Of a DNA stretch of 64,000 bases, positions 47,501 to 61,243 are shown one piece after another. The notes beneath the pieces were generated by a model, which did no database searches, was not told the DNA's origin, and worked only from the letters and a program-made list of their open reading frames with translations. The translations under genes were made by a program, and so were the position numbers. The stretch's first letter is position 1; every line of letters starts with the position of its first letter. The stretch lies in the NCBI RefSeq assembly GCF_000181795.1, contig NW_003526944.1:3952934-4016933 (forward strand), read 5' to 3'. The DNA is from Trichinella spiralis. Its lineage: Eukaryota.

Positions 47501-50184
47501 GTGGCCGACGATCCGAGCATCTACGTGACCAAGATCATCCCGGGCGGGGCGGCCGCCTACGACGGTCGTCTGCGCAAAGATGACATCATTCTCCGTGTCA
47601 ACCAAATTGACACGACCGATGTTTATCACCACGTGGCAGTGGACGCTTTGAAACAAGCAGGCAACATTGTCAAGCTGGTATGCAAATTTTTCTTCTTATT
47701 CTTTAGTCATTTTGAGAGAAGAGATTGGTGTTTTTTTGTTTCAGTTCGTCCGACGCAGAGTTCGCGACGACGATGCAACAGCCACAACGGCCGCCGACTG
47801 TGCAGTTGGGGCGGGCGTGGAACGACGAATCGAGCTGCTCAAAGGCAACAAAGGGCTCGGTTTCAGCATAGCCGGCGGCGTGGGCAACGAGCACGTCCCC
47901 AACGACGCCGGCATCTACGTCACGAAAATCATCGACGGCGGTGCGGCGCAGGTCGACGGTCGCCTGGCCGTGGGCGACAAGCTGCTGGCCGTCGGCAACT
48001 GTTCGCTGGACAACGTCACCCACGAAACCGCCGTCGCCGCGTTGAAAGCCACCGCCGACCGCGTCGTGCTCACCGTGCTGAAGCCAATTTCTTCCGGCTC
48101 GGCGATTCCATTCGCCGACGGCAACGAACCCGGCCTCGGCTCCGATCATGGCCTGTTCGACCATTCGGCGACCACGCCCACCACCACCGGCGGCACGGCC
48201 ACCGCCCTGCGTCTGTCCAGACAGCAGGAGATGCGCCGGGCGATGGGCGCCGGCGCCGAAGACGCGCTGTCCGCGTCGGCGTCGTCGTCCTCGTACACGC
48301 CGTACGCGCTGCCCGAACCGGCGGCAACCGTTGCCGAAAGGCGCCATTCGGTTGGGGCGGTGTTCGGCGAACCGAACGCCGATGCCGGCGGCGCCGGCTT
48401 GCCGGGCCGTTCGCCGCGGCGCGTCACGTTGAACAAGGGCGGCGCCGGCGGCGGCTTGGGATTCAACATCGTCGGCGGCGAAGACGGCGAAGGGATCTAC
48501 ATCTCGTACATACTGCCCGGCGGCGTGGCCGACGTCAGCGGCCTGTTGCACAAAGGCGACCAACTGTTGGAAGTGAACGGTGTCGACTTGCGCAACGCGA
48601 CCCACGAAGAAGCGGCCGCGGCTTTGAAATCCGGCGGTCAGAAAATTTACATACTGGCCGCCTACCGTCCCGAAGAATATTACCGTTTCGAGGCGAAAAT
48701 CGAACAACTGCGCAACGTGATGATCGACCAAAATTCGCCCCAACCGCGTCGCGAATTGTACGTGCGCGCGTTGTTCGACTACGACCCGTCCAAAGACAGC
48801 GGACTGCCCAGTCGCGGTTTGGCGTTCAACTACGGCGACATCCTGCACGTGACCAACGCCTGCGACGACGACTGGTGGCAAGCCAGGAAGCGGCTCAAAG
48901 ACGGCACCGAAGACGGCTACGGAATCATACCGAGCAAGAGGAGGTTTGTTTGTTTGTTAGTTTTTTTGAAAATTATAATTTTATTATTCACAACTGGAGA
49001 AAATGGACCTGAGAGAGGGTGAATAATAAGAGAAGCGTAATTTTTTTTTCAAGGGTCGAAAAGAGGGAACGTTCGAGACGGAAACAAGTCAACTTTGGCA
49101 GTAGTCGACAGTCGAGCATGTCAGAAAAAGTATGCATAAAAGTTTTAGTTGAGTTTATTATAATATTTATTTATTTATGTGTGTGTATAGCATTCTGGAG
49201 CGAGAAAGCAGCTGTCGTTGTCTAGAAAATTTCCATTCATGAAAAGCAAAGAACGTTTACACGAAGAATTGGAAAACGAACGTCTCGAAGATTATATTCT
49301 GTCATATCAGCCTGTCGAACAGCATTATCGTAAATGAATTCTTTCCAAATTCATCCCATCCATCTGTACTCGTTTTTATTAACTTTGTATGTATTTCCAT
49401 GCAGTCAATTATGTTCGACCGGTGATCATTTTGGGAGCGTTGAAAGATCGAATCAACGACGATTTGACCGCTGAATATCCGGATAATTTTGCCTGCTGTG
49501 TTCCGCATACAAGTCGACCACGTCGTGAACACGAAGTCGACGGTCGAGATTATTATTTCGTCTCTCGCGACGTGATGGAACATGATATACACAATCATTT
49601 GTTCATCGAAGCTGGTCAATATAATGGAAATTTATACGGAACTAGCATCGGCTCGGTGCGAGATGTCTCTGAACAGGTGTGTGACACTAATTGCAAAATA
49701 TTCGCGTCAATAATTTCTCAATCGCGGCGATTTTGTTTCCAGAATAAACATTGCATATTGGACGTCAGTGGCAATGCAATCAAGCGACTCCAACTAGCTG
49801 GACTGTATCCAATCGTCATTTTTATCAAGCCATATGGTCCTGGACAATTGATGTACGTTGACTCATTGTTGTTTATTTATTTGCTGTTTACAATTTGATC
49901 TGGTTTCGTTTCAAGGGAATGGAATAGACGTATTACTGAAGACGACGCTGTACGCGTTTATCAAAGGTGCTTGCAGATAGAACAAGAGTTTGGCGAATCG
50001 TTTACAGGTATATGAGTCGTTGTAGTAGATATTATGCTGATGATCAATGAACGTGTAAAATGATTTTCTTTTTTCAGCAGTTGTGCAGGGTGATGTACCC
50101 GAAGAGATTTACGAAAGAGTGAAAGAAGTGATACGTGATCAATCAGGTCCGGTCGTCTGGGTGCCCAGTCAGGAAGGGTTATGA
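44546..50184 (+). CDS. dlg-1: Discs large MAGUK (L27, 3 PDZ, SH3, HOOK, GK)
   Basis: [19 protein letters not shown]...[13 protein letters not shown]27 domain; PDZ loops [29 protein letters not shown]3 [30 protein letters not shown]...[20 protein letters not shown]; ends [12 protein letters not shown] at 50184. Confidence 0.98.
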
Positions 50185-53100
50185 TTTGAATGGAATCCAA
50201 TGAAATATATTAAATTTTAACTGCACGCATATAATAATAATAATAATTATTATTATTATTATCATTACTACTCCATTTTTTTCTCCTTACAAAGGCAGTT
50301 TGAAATCTTTCTGCGTATATATATATATGCATATGTATATATGTATTACTGACTGAGCACAAAAATATGGAAAGCTCTATTGACGGCCTTTTCTTTTCCC
50401 TGTTCTGTCCAGTATTATTTTAATCATCATCCTATTATTACATTAGTATTTCTTCCTCGTTAAAAATAGCTTACTTAACTCTCATCATCTGTTGTTGTAC
50501 GATTACACTGTTGTGAATAGGGAGGGCATGCTTCAATTATATAAAAAACTTTTGCATGTTAAAAGAATGGAAGAAGGACCAAATATTATGCTGAATCAAT
50601 TCAAAATCATCAATCACACCGTTTATATTTACCAAATGTATGATAATTTCATTAAATTGTTGCATTTAAAGGAAAATTGTCTTTGAATTTTGTTATCTAA
50701 TCAATGCATGTGAACCTACATTAGATCTGGTATATTTGGAAGATAAAGCTCAGTAATGATAATAAAAATTCACGGCAACAATAGTATACAATGCTGAAGT
50801 TCATGTTAAATAAATGATCGTCTTTTTCAAACTTTGTTCATTTACAATTAATTAATTAGCTATATTGATTTTATAATTTCAATTATCAGAGGTTGCAGAA
50901 AACAGAACATTTGTATAAATTAGCTTTGATGATGATCAAATGTAAAATAATTTGGTACAAGTCACTGTAGTTTGATGTTACTGTACCTATAATTTATTGC
51001 TAATTGCGCAGAATATTCGCTCAGAATATGGATGCAAAGAGAAATATAAATAACTATGAAATATGAAATAATCAAGAGAACATATTGATCAATCTAAAGA
51101 TAAAAACTGTTTAAAGTAATCGCTTTGCCATGTTAAAGAGCAATTCACAGAACGTGACTTTTATAAGTCTTCTATTATCAATATCGTGATATTTTGAAAA
51201 AAATACAAAAACAAAAAGTACAACAAAATACAAATCTCAGGAATATACTACAGTACTGTTTCAAAAAAATTTCAAACAAATATATAAAAAGTTACAAAAC
51301 TAAGAAAGAATAACGATATATTTAGACAATTACCAAACAAATAACACATCATTTAGTTTCAATGAGTTTAACAATTCCTACTTTCAATAAAAATGAAATT
51401 CATAGCAATAAATTATGTAAAAGAAGAATCAATACCTTAATTTCAATCAGAATCACAACGCTCACTATCACTACAATAATCAGAATCACTCCACTAAATG
51501 AATACTGTTTGCCTTAAGTCAATTAGAAAACCATCATTTCACACACACAAATATATATATGTATAGTATATATATGTAAGAATAGAACAGAATAAACAAC
51601 ACAAAGATACCCTTAATGAACAGGCATCAAAAATGACGTCATCAAAATCACTGCGCCGCCCTTAGTATGGGAATGCTGGTAACTATTATTTGTACAAATG
51701 TAGATTTTGAACACAAACTGAAGCTACTGCCAGATAAACAAACGGCAAGTCAAACTGACCACCCGGCGGGAAACAGCAATGGCAAAAAACCGCGTAGAGT
51801 GTAAAAAATTATTCTCCAACTTCAACCAAACCGGAAATAATATTTTCTTACAAATTTTTAAATTCTCCACAGAAAATATTTCAATTTTCATAATGTACTT
51901 GTCTGATGACCAAAATAAGATTGTTCAAATTGAAGATTCTATTCAATACTTGATTCAAAATTTGCGTAGAAAGTTTTTTCCCCACTTTTCTACCGATATC
52001 CCCTAATGTTGTTGTTCATTGAGAATAAGTTGGAAACAGAAGTTAAAATTGAAAACAAAACAAAATATGTAAAACCGTTTCTCACAAAAGTACTTCAGAT
52101 GAAATTTAAAAAAAACGCTTTCAAAGCAACGCACAAAATACACACGAACCAAAAATGGCAGAAACGAATTCCACCAACAACAAGCAAGCACATGAACACT
52201 TACTTACCTGCTTTTGATGATTGATCATTTCGATGATAATTACACCGCAGCCGATAAATTTATGATCTATTTATTATATTGTACAATTTGACAAATGATG
52301 GACACGTAAGAATGGTACGGTAATTTTCATTATTACAGTATTTCACTTTTGAATAAAGTTAATAAAAATTATATTTTATCATAAAATATATAATTGCGCG
52401 ATTAATTAGATAAATTTTTTTCTTGTATTGTTTTATAAAATAATTTTTATTTAAATCGAAATAATATATAAACTAATGAATAAACAACACAACACAACAC
52501 GAGTGTTAAATTGAGATGAAAACAGAATGTTTTGATGCAAATGATAATTTCACATTTAATTTCGTAATAATTATGATAAATTGTAATATATTATTCATTG
52601 AATAAGTTCAGTTTTACAATTTTTACACTTTCAAATTCGTCAGGACTAAAACAACAATAGTTATGTATGTTAACATTGTACTTTTTTAAATTTCATGTTA
52701 AAAATCAAATAATTCATTAATTTATTGTTTGTGAACAGTTGCTTACGATAATCAATACTGTTTACCTAATTGATCAGCTATGTGTATGTGATAATTAATC
52801 ATAATAATAAAAATGATTATTACATTTAACGCAGCCAACTGGAACGATGATGATCAGCGATGATCATTATTAGCGAAAAATGTGCCACTGGTGACAGTGT
52901 CGAAGTATTTTGCAAAATGATCATCTCAGTTGATTAAATTGAATGCCTGATAGAAAAAAGATTCAAATGCAAATTTTCAATGTCCATATTTGACGACAAA
53001 TCGACCATTACAATATTGTCATGAGAGTAATACTTCAGATAACTGAAACCGAACGAGCTTAGAAATATCCTGAATTGCAATCTTTCAATTTTGTTAATTA

Positions 53101-54486
53101 GCATTCATTGATCACGGTTTTGTTGACAGTCGCATGCTAATAAATTGAATAAATTAGCTAATTGGTGGTTCAGTAGCCAGCTAACCTCTATTCATTATGA
53201 TGAAAGCTATCCATAGATTGATATCAAATTCAATTTTTCATTACTGATCTGTTGATTGCGCTTAATTAATAAGAGCTTCGAAAGTTGTAGGCGCTTGACA
53301 CTTCTGCCGACAATCCTGCAAAATATGTCGTAGGAAGAATTTCTTTTCAAATCATCTTTGATTCAAATTCCATTTATTAAAGAAAATAACTTTATCTTCG
53401 GGCATCGCGGCGTGAAGTAATTCAATTTTTGTCATTATTGAATTTTTCCATCATTTAAAAAAACATTAATATTCTTCTTGCAAAAATATGTAAAAATTCG
53501 TTTCTTACACTTTCTCCCCTTCTATGACTGAGAACCTTGTAACAGTTTGAAATAGTTTTGCAATAATTATGCAAAAATATTGGAACATTCCATTTGCGTT
53601 GAACACCCTCAATCACTGATTTTAACAACAACACAGTTGATCATTATATTTGTATTACTGCTATATTACATACGCGTTGAATTTATCCTGATTGATCGAA
53701 GTGAATAGATTTTTTTTTCAAAAACTGCTTTACTTGATTAAATTTAAACCGGAAATATATTTTTCACCCAATTTTATTTTTCGCACACTGTACGAATTAT
53801 TCATTATTGTCGACGGAAGTCATGCGGACAGTTTTGAAATTCAAATTTACAGTTACTGTAGTAAAATACAGTCAGTAAAAAAAGGAATAAAAGTTGCAAT
53901 TTTGTCCTATATTCAATGAAGTTTTTTGTTTGAATTTATACTCGATTTTTATGAATAATATGCGATTATTTTGCTCGATTATTAATTTTTCACTGCCTTT
54001 TTTTCAATTCGGGTTTTTGTTATCAATTTCCATGATGACGAACGAGTGAGTACAAGTGGTCGTCGATGTTCTTGCTTTTTTTGTCTTTGTTTGTGTAATT
54101 TTCATGATAAATTCAATTCGAATTTTCCACAGCAGCTCAAGAGCAGCCAGCGGTCCAGATGAAGAGACAAAGTACGAACGAGAGAGGAGAAAAAGAAAAA
54201 AAACCCAGTACGAGACAATCTGCAACAGTCGGTATACTGTAGATTTTGTTGTAATAGAATAGAAATTTAATTGAACACAAGAAACAAAGTGAATAACATT
54301 TTCCTCATCGGCATTACATAAATAAAACAGCGCATCGTATTTCTTCCGACGGACGGTGAGATGGCATTTCAATAGTGCAACTCAAGTGCGGCTGTTGTTG
54401 TTCTTGTTGTTGTTGTTATCGATGTTGTGGTGGAATTTGATAAATTTTTCGATTGATTATTTTTTTTCAACTTTCAGAATTCCGAA

Positions 54487-55677
54487 ATGAACGAAACAAT
54501 GACCGAAGCCTGCAAAGCGAGTGAAATGAACGTCACATCCTGCCACTTGGGCACGGTGGAACATTGGTCGGATTTAAGTATGCCGTGGCTGTGCTTGAAA
54601 ATGTTGTCGGCAATTATTTCCATGCCATTCGAGCTGTTGCTGTTGGTGCTCGTCGGCCGGTCGGCAGTTAGCAGGGCCGATCTGATCCTAGTCGCCGGTC
54701 AGTAAATTAAGCGTATAAAGTGAACGATGCCATGCATGCCGAATAAACGAACAAATAAATACACATTTTGAAATTTCAATTTTTGAAATTATTTCTCCTC
54801 TTCTTGTTCAGGCTTCACCGTTGGCAATTTCATCTGCTCGCTTGGCCGTTTCACGATGTCAATCACAGGTCTGGACCTGATGCTGCATCAAAGCCGACAT
54901 GCGTTGTGGCTGACGCCGGCCCAGTGCGCCCAACGGATGCACGTGATGCTCAGTTGGGTCGGTTCGTCGATCATCACGTTGAACATAGTGGCGATCGCGT
55001 TGGAACGTCTGGTGACGTTGGCTTCGCTCAGTCCGGCAATGGGCAGTGGTCAGTTGTTGTGCTTCCGTTTGCGCCGGGGGTTGTTCAGCGCCCGGCGGGC
55101 CCGACTATTCTTGTACTTGTCCATCCTGTTGGCCGTGGTCAACGAAGTGGTCGCCTTGGTGCTCAGTCAGCGACTGCCCAACGTGCCGGTCTCGTCGCTC
55201 TGCGTCATCAACGAGATCATGGACCCTGACCACTTCAATGTTATACGCAGGATCAACCTCGTCGCCGGTTTGTCTACCGTACTCTTCTACATGGTGACGT
55301 TCGCGCTCTGGCTGCTCGGTCGCCGTCAGACCCTCGGACACGGGAAAGTGACCAGCCTCTGCTCGCTGCGGCTCCGCCGCGAACTGACCATCATGAAGAG
55401 CTTGGTGGCCATGTTCCTGCTGACCCTGTTCTACCACGTGATACCGTGGACCGTGTTGCCACTGCTGAACGACGGAAGCGTGGCTAAAGTTGTCAGCCAA
55501 GTTGTGATCGCTGTGCACCTGTTGAGCAAAACGTTCGCCTCGGTCGTCTACATCACCGTCCATCCGATCTTGAAAACGGAATTTCAAACCCAGATCAAAC
55601 GTATGCCCATTTGCAGCAGAATTCCTTGGCGCGTTTTCCATCCCACACGCACCTCGTTGGTCTACATTGGAAAATAA
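54487..55677 (+). CDS. Orphan class A-like 7TM receptor, about 358 aa; exons 54487-54697 and 54812-55677
   Basis: N-terminal NET/NVT sequons; several hydrophobic helices; TM3 IALERL (DRY-like); Cys before TM3 and in ECL2; basic IL3 LRLRRELTIMKSL; in-frame phase-1 GT-AG intron. Confidence 0.8.
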
Positions 55678-55963
55678 ATGATCACAGAACCTTTTTCATT
55701 TGCAACCACTCTGTTATTTATTATTATTCCAGTGTCATTCGTTAAATTCGTGTTCCTTTTATTATTTTATTGCTCATCGATTGTATCAACATTGAAAAAC
55801 CACTAACTCCATCCATCATTATCAATAAATAAATAACAAATACGATAAATCTCATAAATGAAGCGTTATATTACAAAATCATAACTTACACTAAAACAGC
55901 AAACAAAAATATTATTCAAGAAAAAAAATATATATGTATGAGCAAGTCTGTTAATTTGATAAA

Positions 55964-58900
55964 TCAAAAAAGCAACTGGCCACAATTCAACAATGCATTA
56001 TTATTATTGTTGTTGTTGTTGTTGCCAGTGATGGTGTTGTTATGAATATTAACACCATTAAGACAATTTTGTTGATGCTGCAATTGTAATTGTAATTGCT
56101 GCTGTTGTTGTTGCTGCTGGTGACAATGATCGTGATTATTATTATTATGATATCCATTGTGAACAGCATCACCTTGGAATAATGTAGTCATGGCTGATTC
56201 GAGCAAATTGGCCGTCTCCAAACTGATCAAATCCGGTGGCGTATCTTGATCAAATTGTTCATTCCAGTCACCCATTTTACACGGATGCCATGGTGAAAAT
56301 GGATCTCCAATGGCATTGCCCGCTTCAGGGGTAATTTCGAAAGCTGATTCATCCAATTTACAATTCGGATACGGACGCTTCATCGGCAATCTGCTGCTAG
56401 CAACCCGCTTCAGCTGGCTTGGCATGGTGATGTTCAACGGTGGTGATCCTTTCTCTTCAACCGAACTGGAATCAAATTAAAATAAAACAACAACCAACAA
56501 CTACACAAATTTAACAATTTTACCCGCTGTTGTTGGTGTTGAAGCTGAAATTAACTTGATAGCCTTCGTTTTGAAGCGTCAGCAAATCTTGAAAATTGAC
56601 AAACGGTGTCAACGAGCTCAGCTCTGGTGCTTCATTTGCAAAAGAACCGGCGCATGAATTTGAACAAGATGAACCATTACCGCTGTCCATTTGAGATACT
56701 GAATTCTGAAAGCAAAACAAAAAGAAATTTTCTTTTGTGTGTATGTGTGTGCTTTTAATTTTTAATTTCAAAATCCTACATTTACAAAACCTCACAAATA
56801 AACTTACTGAATTGTCATAATTTTGAAATTCAGGCATGCAGCCTTTTTGTACAGTTTGATCTTCTGAAATTGACTCGTAAAAGGTCGATGACCAATCATT
56901 TGGATATGAAATTGAACTGCTGCTATTATCTGCTGTATGCTGAGCTGTGTCGTACATAGACGACTGACTGACTAATAACTTCTTCAATCCTTTCGCTAAA
57001 AAACAATTAATTAACTCAATAATCTGTCAATAAAAATAAGCAAAACTCTGAATGAATAACATACGCAATGCAGAATCGTAAAATGTTACGACAGGACGAA
57101 CAGGAACCTCAGATGAAAGAGATCTACTTTTAAACACTGGTACAGATTGAGTAATATTTGCCATGGTATTTGGGTTCGCAGTTGCACTGGCAGTCGGTTT
57201 CACGTATTGTTTTGCTGCAACGGTGCTGCTAAAATCAACTGACGAACAAGCTCTACTGAAATAAACAGATTCAAAATAAGGGAAAAAAAAGAGAAACATA
57301 ATCATACCCGACTGGTCGGTGAAAACAGAGGACACGTTGAGCACGTTGGCCACGACTGTTCTCAGAAACCACACTTCCTTCAGTGATCACCCAGAGCACA
57401 TTTCCATCCTGCGTCAACATCCGGTAATAGCCGGTTCGCATGTAGCCCTTCTCGTATAAAAGTTGCACGCACAAAGTAAATCGAATCACGTCATCCGGAT
57501 GTACAAGCTTAAAAAACGACTGACCAGTGATGAATTTTGCATCATAGCCAAGCAATTCTGCTAAACTGAAATAAAACACTACATTTATAATAACAATAAT
57601 CAATTGAAAATAATAAATAAATAAATAATGATACCCATTTCCGACGTAACGAATTTGCATATTCATCGAATGACGTGTGACAATAGTCTCTGTAGGAAAG
57701 CTGGCTCCTTGACAATTCTGCATGACAACACTGCCAAACATGAAAAAATATTTCCCGTAAAAATTTTCATTTCCAGTGATTCTTTTTCTCCGTTGATTTA
57801 AACTTTTCAAAGCAACGTCGACATTTACTATGTCGACTAAATTCTGCTGCTGCTTGGATTGTGCATATTTCAACGTAAATGAAAATGCCTGACAAAAATA
57901 TAATATAATTTAAATAAATAATATCTATGTAATATGAAGATAACAATCATTCAGACCTTGTAAACGCATGACTTTAAACTCAAACTTCTGCCACGAGCAC
58001 TGAGGGCACTTTTCACCCGCAAGATTAAACTTCTCTCTTCAGCATTCTCGTCGCACGTTTGGAATGCTTGATTCAAATCCACAGCATCGTCAGGATGCAC
58101 ATACTCAAACAATGACCGCCCAATGAGGTCTGTCTGAAAAAGTTTGTGTTCAATAATAAACATTAAAAAATACTTTTAAAGTGAAATTTTTTACAAAAAA
58201 ACAACAAGAAATGAAACACAATTTGTAATTCAGATATGACATATTTCAACACTTTTGAAATAAATTCAACTAATTTTCATTCTTCAAACTTGATCATCTA
58301 CAGTAGGATAAAGTATCATTGAACTTTGAATTTGTTGAGTGATAATTTTTGTTCAAATATTTATTTTCCACATTCACATCACCAAAACTACAAAAAGCAA
58401 ATGACACACTGTGCGGATGGCATTTCTGCAAGCCGACGTTGAACTTGAACAAAAAAATGACATAAGCTTTCAATTCCACTGTTAGCATTGCGTGTGCAAC
58501 GTCATCTGTCTGTCAGTTGAGACACACCTTCACGGTTGAAAATTAAAAGAGAAAATGTTGTTGAACAAATTGTTAATTTTCATTTATCAAAATTCAAACT
58601 ATTCACTGTTTTTATATTTACCTCTAGAAAACAAATAAATATGAACACAAACAGTCAAAAAAAGAAGAAAAATATGCATGCAAAAGCTGCAATATCAAGC
58701 GTAAGAGGGAAAACATCTCATCAATCCTTCCTTCCTCGTCCAAGTACTTTTCCCATACAATTTTGTGCATTTAGGTTAATATGAGATGAAAAGTACTGAA
58801 TGTACACAGAAATCTGTTGAAATGGATTTTATTAATATAATTCTTTTTCTCATCAAACAGAGGGAAATTCCTCTTCTGCTACGTAAAAACAGAAACAGCT

Positions 58901-61243
58901 GAACAAATAAATAAATAAATCGACTTCTTTAATGCATTGAAATTTTATAGTATATTTTTAAAAAATATAAAATTAAAAAAGATACGTTGGCTAATTTTCC
59001 AAGAGGAAGAAGATGATTTGAAATGAAAGAAATGAAATGTTACAAAATTTCAATCAAAAAAATGATAATCATCAAACGGAAAAGAAAAAAATAATAAAGT
59101 TCACTTTCGAAATTAAAGTTCATTTTATTAATATTTGTTTTTTTCTAGTTTAAATGATTAAAAATCGATTGTTAAATATGAGTTCAGCGTTGGAAAAAGT
59201 TGCGCAAAATGGAAATTAATTCATTCACAAATAGATCAAGCGAAATGGAAATAATTACAATGTCACAAAAGTTCCAATCTCACGATTTCAATTAAAAAAC
59301 TGCAACTTACAAACGTCTATTTTTGAAATAATTTCAACTGAATTGAATTGAATTTAAGCGAACATAATTTTGAGATTCCAATTTCTTCTTACAACATTGA
59401 ATGAGAAGAATGCAGAGGCAAAAAAACAATCATCGACAATTTTAATTCAAATTTCCTGCACAGAGAGAAAGAGAGAGAAAGGCAACATTATGGAGAATCT
59501 TTCCCACTTTTTCCATTACGTTAAAATGTCCCAACTGCTAGTGTTTTACCTGGGATATTATTTTTACTTTATTACTTGTAAGCATGTTGTTACTTTTTGA
59601 AATTTACATCTCCGGCAACATACGCGATATGTATATATATGCCATATAAAGTACGGCATATAAAAAAAATTAATCAACGTTCGGATGGATTTAATTGTTC
59701 AATAAAAATAATGCCACACTAAAAATGCATTAAATCAACTCGTTGCAACATTTCAAATTAATGCATTCTTCTATAATCACCACAAATGTGATGAATGAAT
59801 GAATGAATGAATGAATGAGTAAATGAACCATCGATGTACGGCTCTATTATGTATATTTACATTTTTTAGAACAAAAATGTGAAATCCATTCAAACTTCAT
59901 CGCTGATTGAAAGATGAAGAAGAAATAGAAGAAGAGAAAAAAGAAACAAATTCAAACACTTGAATTAAAGTAACCAATTGTCGAGTGGAATAAAAATGAG
60001 ATTGAGCTTTCCCAAAATTAACATTATTAATAAAAAACAAAAAAAAGAATCCAATGCATTTTCGATTAACCAGCAGAACATATGCATAAAAAATTACTCT
60101 GATGAATAATAACATGAAAGTATAAAACTGATAGCTGTAATTAATTTTTCATTCTTGCCGTCCAAATTATAAACTTCACCACTACATCATCAAAGTTGGT
60201 CGATTGTTTGTTAATACTGTCTGTCAAACGAAATGGCAAAACCTGCATTTCATGGTGATCAAAAAAACAACAACAAATTTTACATTATTCAAAATAAAGA
60301 AGCAAAAATAGCAGTTGTTAGCTTCCATGAGAACAACAACAACAACAACAACTTGGGTGTGATTGACGGCAAATTTTTCAAATAATTTTCCAATGATTAT
60401 ACAGCAAGTAGGTTTTTTGAAAAGAAACAAACCGACCGAGACTGATCCAGACAAACAATAAATATAAAACACGAGCCCTGTCATGGGAAATGATTATTGC
60501 AAAAGTGCAGTAGTTGGTTTTTTGCCCATTTTTTTGTATATAACATACTTCCGCGATTGATCGATGATAATATATTTTGCAAAATAGCACACTTGTGACA
60601 GTTGAATTATTATTTCAAGTGTTATTATAATTATTATTTTGTTGCACAACTTTGAACGGAAGAGGAAAGGAAGAGGAAAGAGAAAATCTGCTCACCTGCG
60701 TAATGCCAATACAAAATGATATTGACAAGGAAACGTAGATGATGATACCGGTTGAATCGACGATCAAAATGGCACTGTTGTCGAAACAGTCGTACAAGCT
60801 TTGCTCAACGTGGCACCCATCTTTCAGAGCAGGCAACTGGTTCGGCGAATCGAGAACTGAATAATTTGAATATTAGTAATAATAATAATTTACGATCATA
60901 ATATTCGAAAAATGAAAATACAACTCCCATACTGGCCGGTGTGACCGCACGCAGGCGGCAAAGTGCAGCGGCGACTCTTAGCACGGCTATTCGATCGAGG
61001 TGGTAGAAAGTCGGTTCGCTGGTCAGGGGTAAAATTTCATACAAATCGGTGAACAAGTGAGCTTCGCTCTGACGACGGTAACGGGCCGCGTGACGGGACT
61101 TTTCGCGGCGCTTTTCGACATTTCTGAAATTGTTTGAAAAGAAAAATATTAAAAAAAAAACTACATATTAATTGACAAAATTATTACAGTCTTTTCGAAA
61201 TAATCTGATTGTAAATTATTGACCGTTTTTTCACCGGGAGCAT
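55964..61243 (-). CDS. hif-1: Hypoxia-inducible factor alpha (bHLH-PAS)
   Basis: bHLH RNVEKRREKSRHAARYRRQSE...HLDRIAVLRVAAALCRLR closely follows C. elegans HIF-1 as recalled. PAS-A IYVSLSISFCIGITQ|TDLIGRSLFEYVHPDD; PAS-B TRHSMNMQIRYV, GQSFFKLVHPDD; ODD-like LSSLTPFV; Q/N-rich tail. Start exon MLPVKKR (61243-61224) is tentative; intron of about 2.5 kb. Confidence 0.9.
59792..59817. repeat. (GAAT)n microsatellite in hif-1 intron
   Basis: tgaatgaatgaatgaatgaatgaatg. Confidence 0.9.

Noticed and set aside
47369..49012. 547-aa Arg-rich plus-strand ORF and 392-aa antisense ORF (47703-48881)
   Set aside because: Shadow frames of the GC-rich dlg-1 exon; only the first ~100 aa of the 547-aa ORF (PDZ1) is real before it runs through an intron into the wrong frame.
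52846..52870. Short inverted repeats (also near 688-722 and 17607-17641)
   Set aside because: Stems of 10 bp or less in AT-rich DNA; no recognisable miRNA, terminator or transposon structure.
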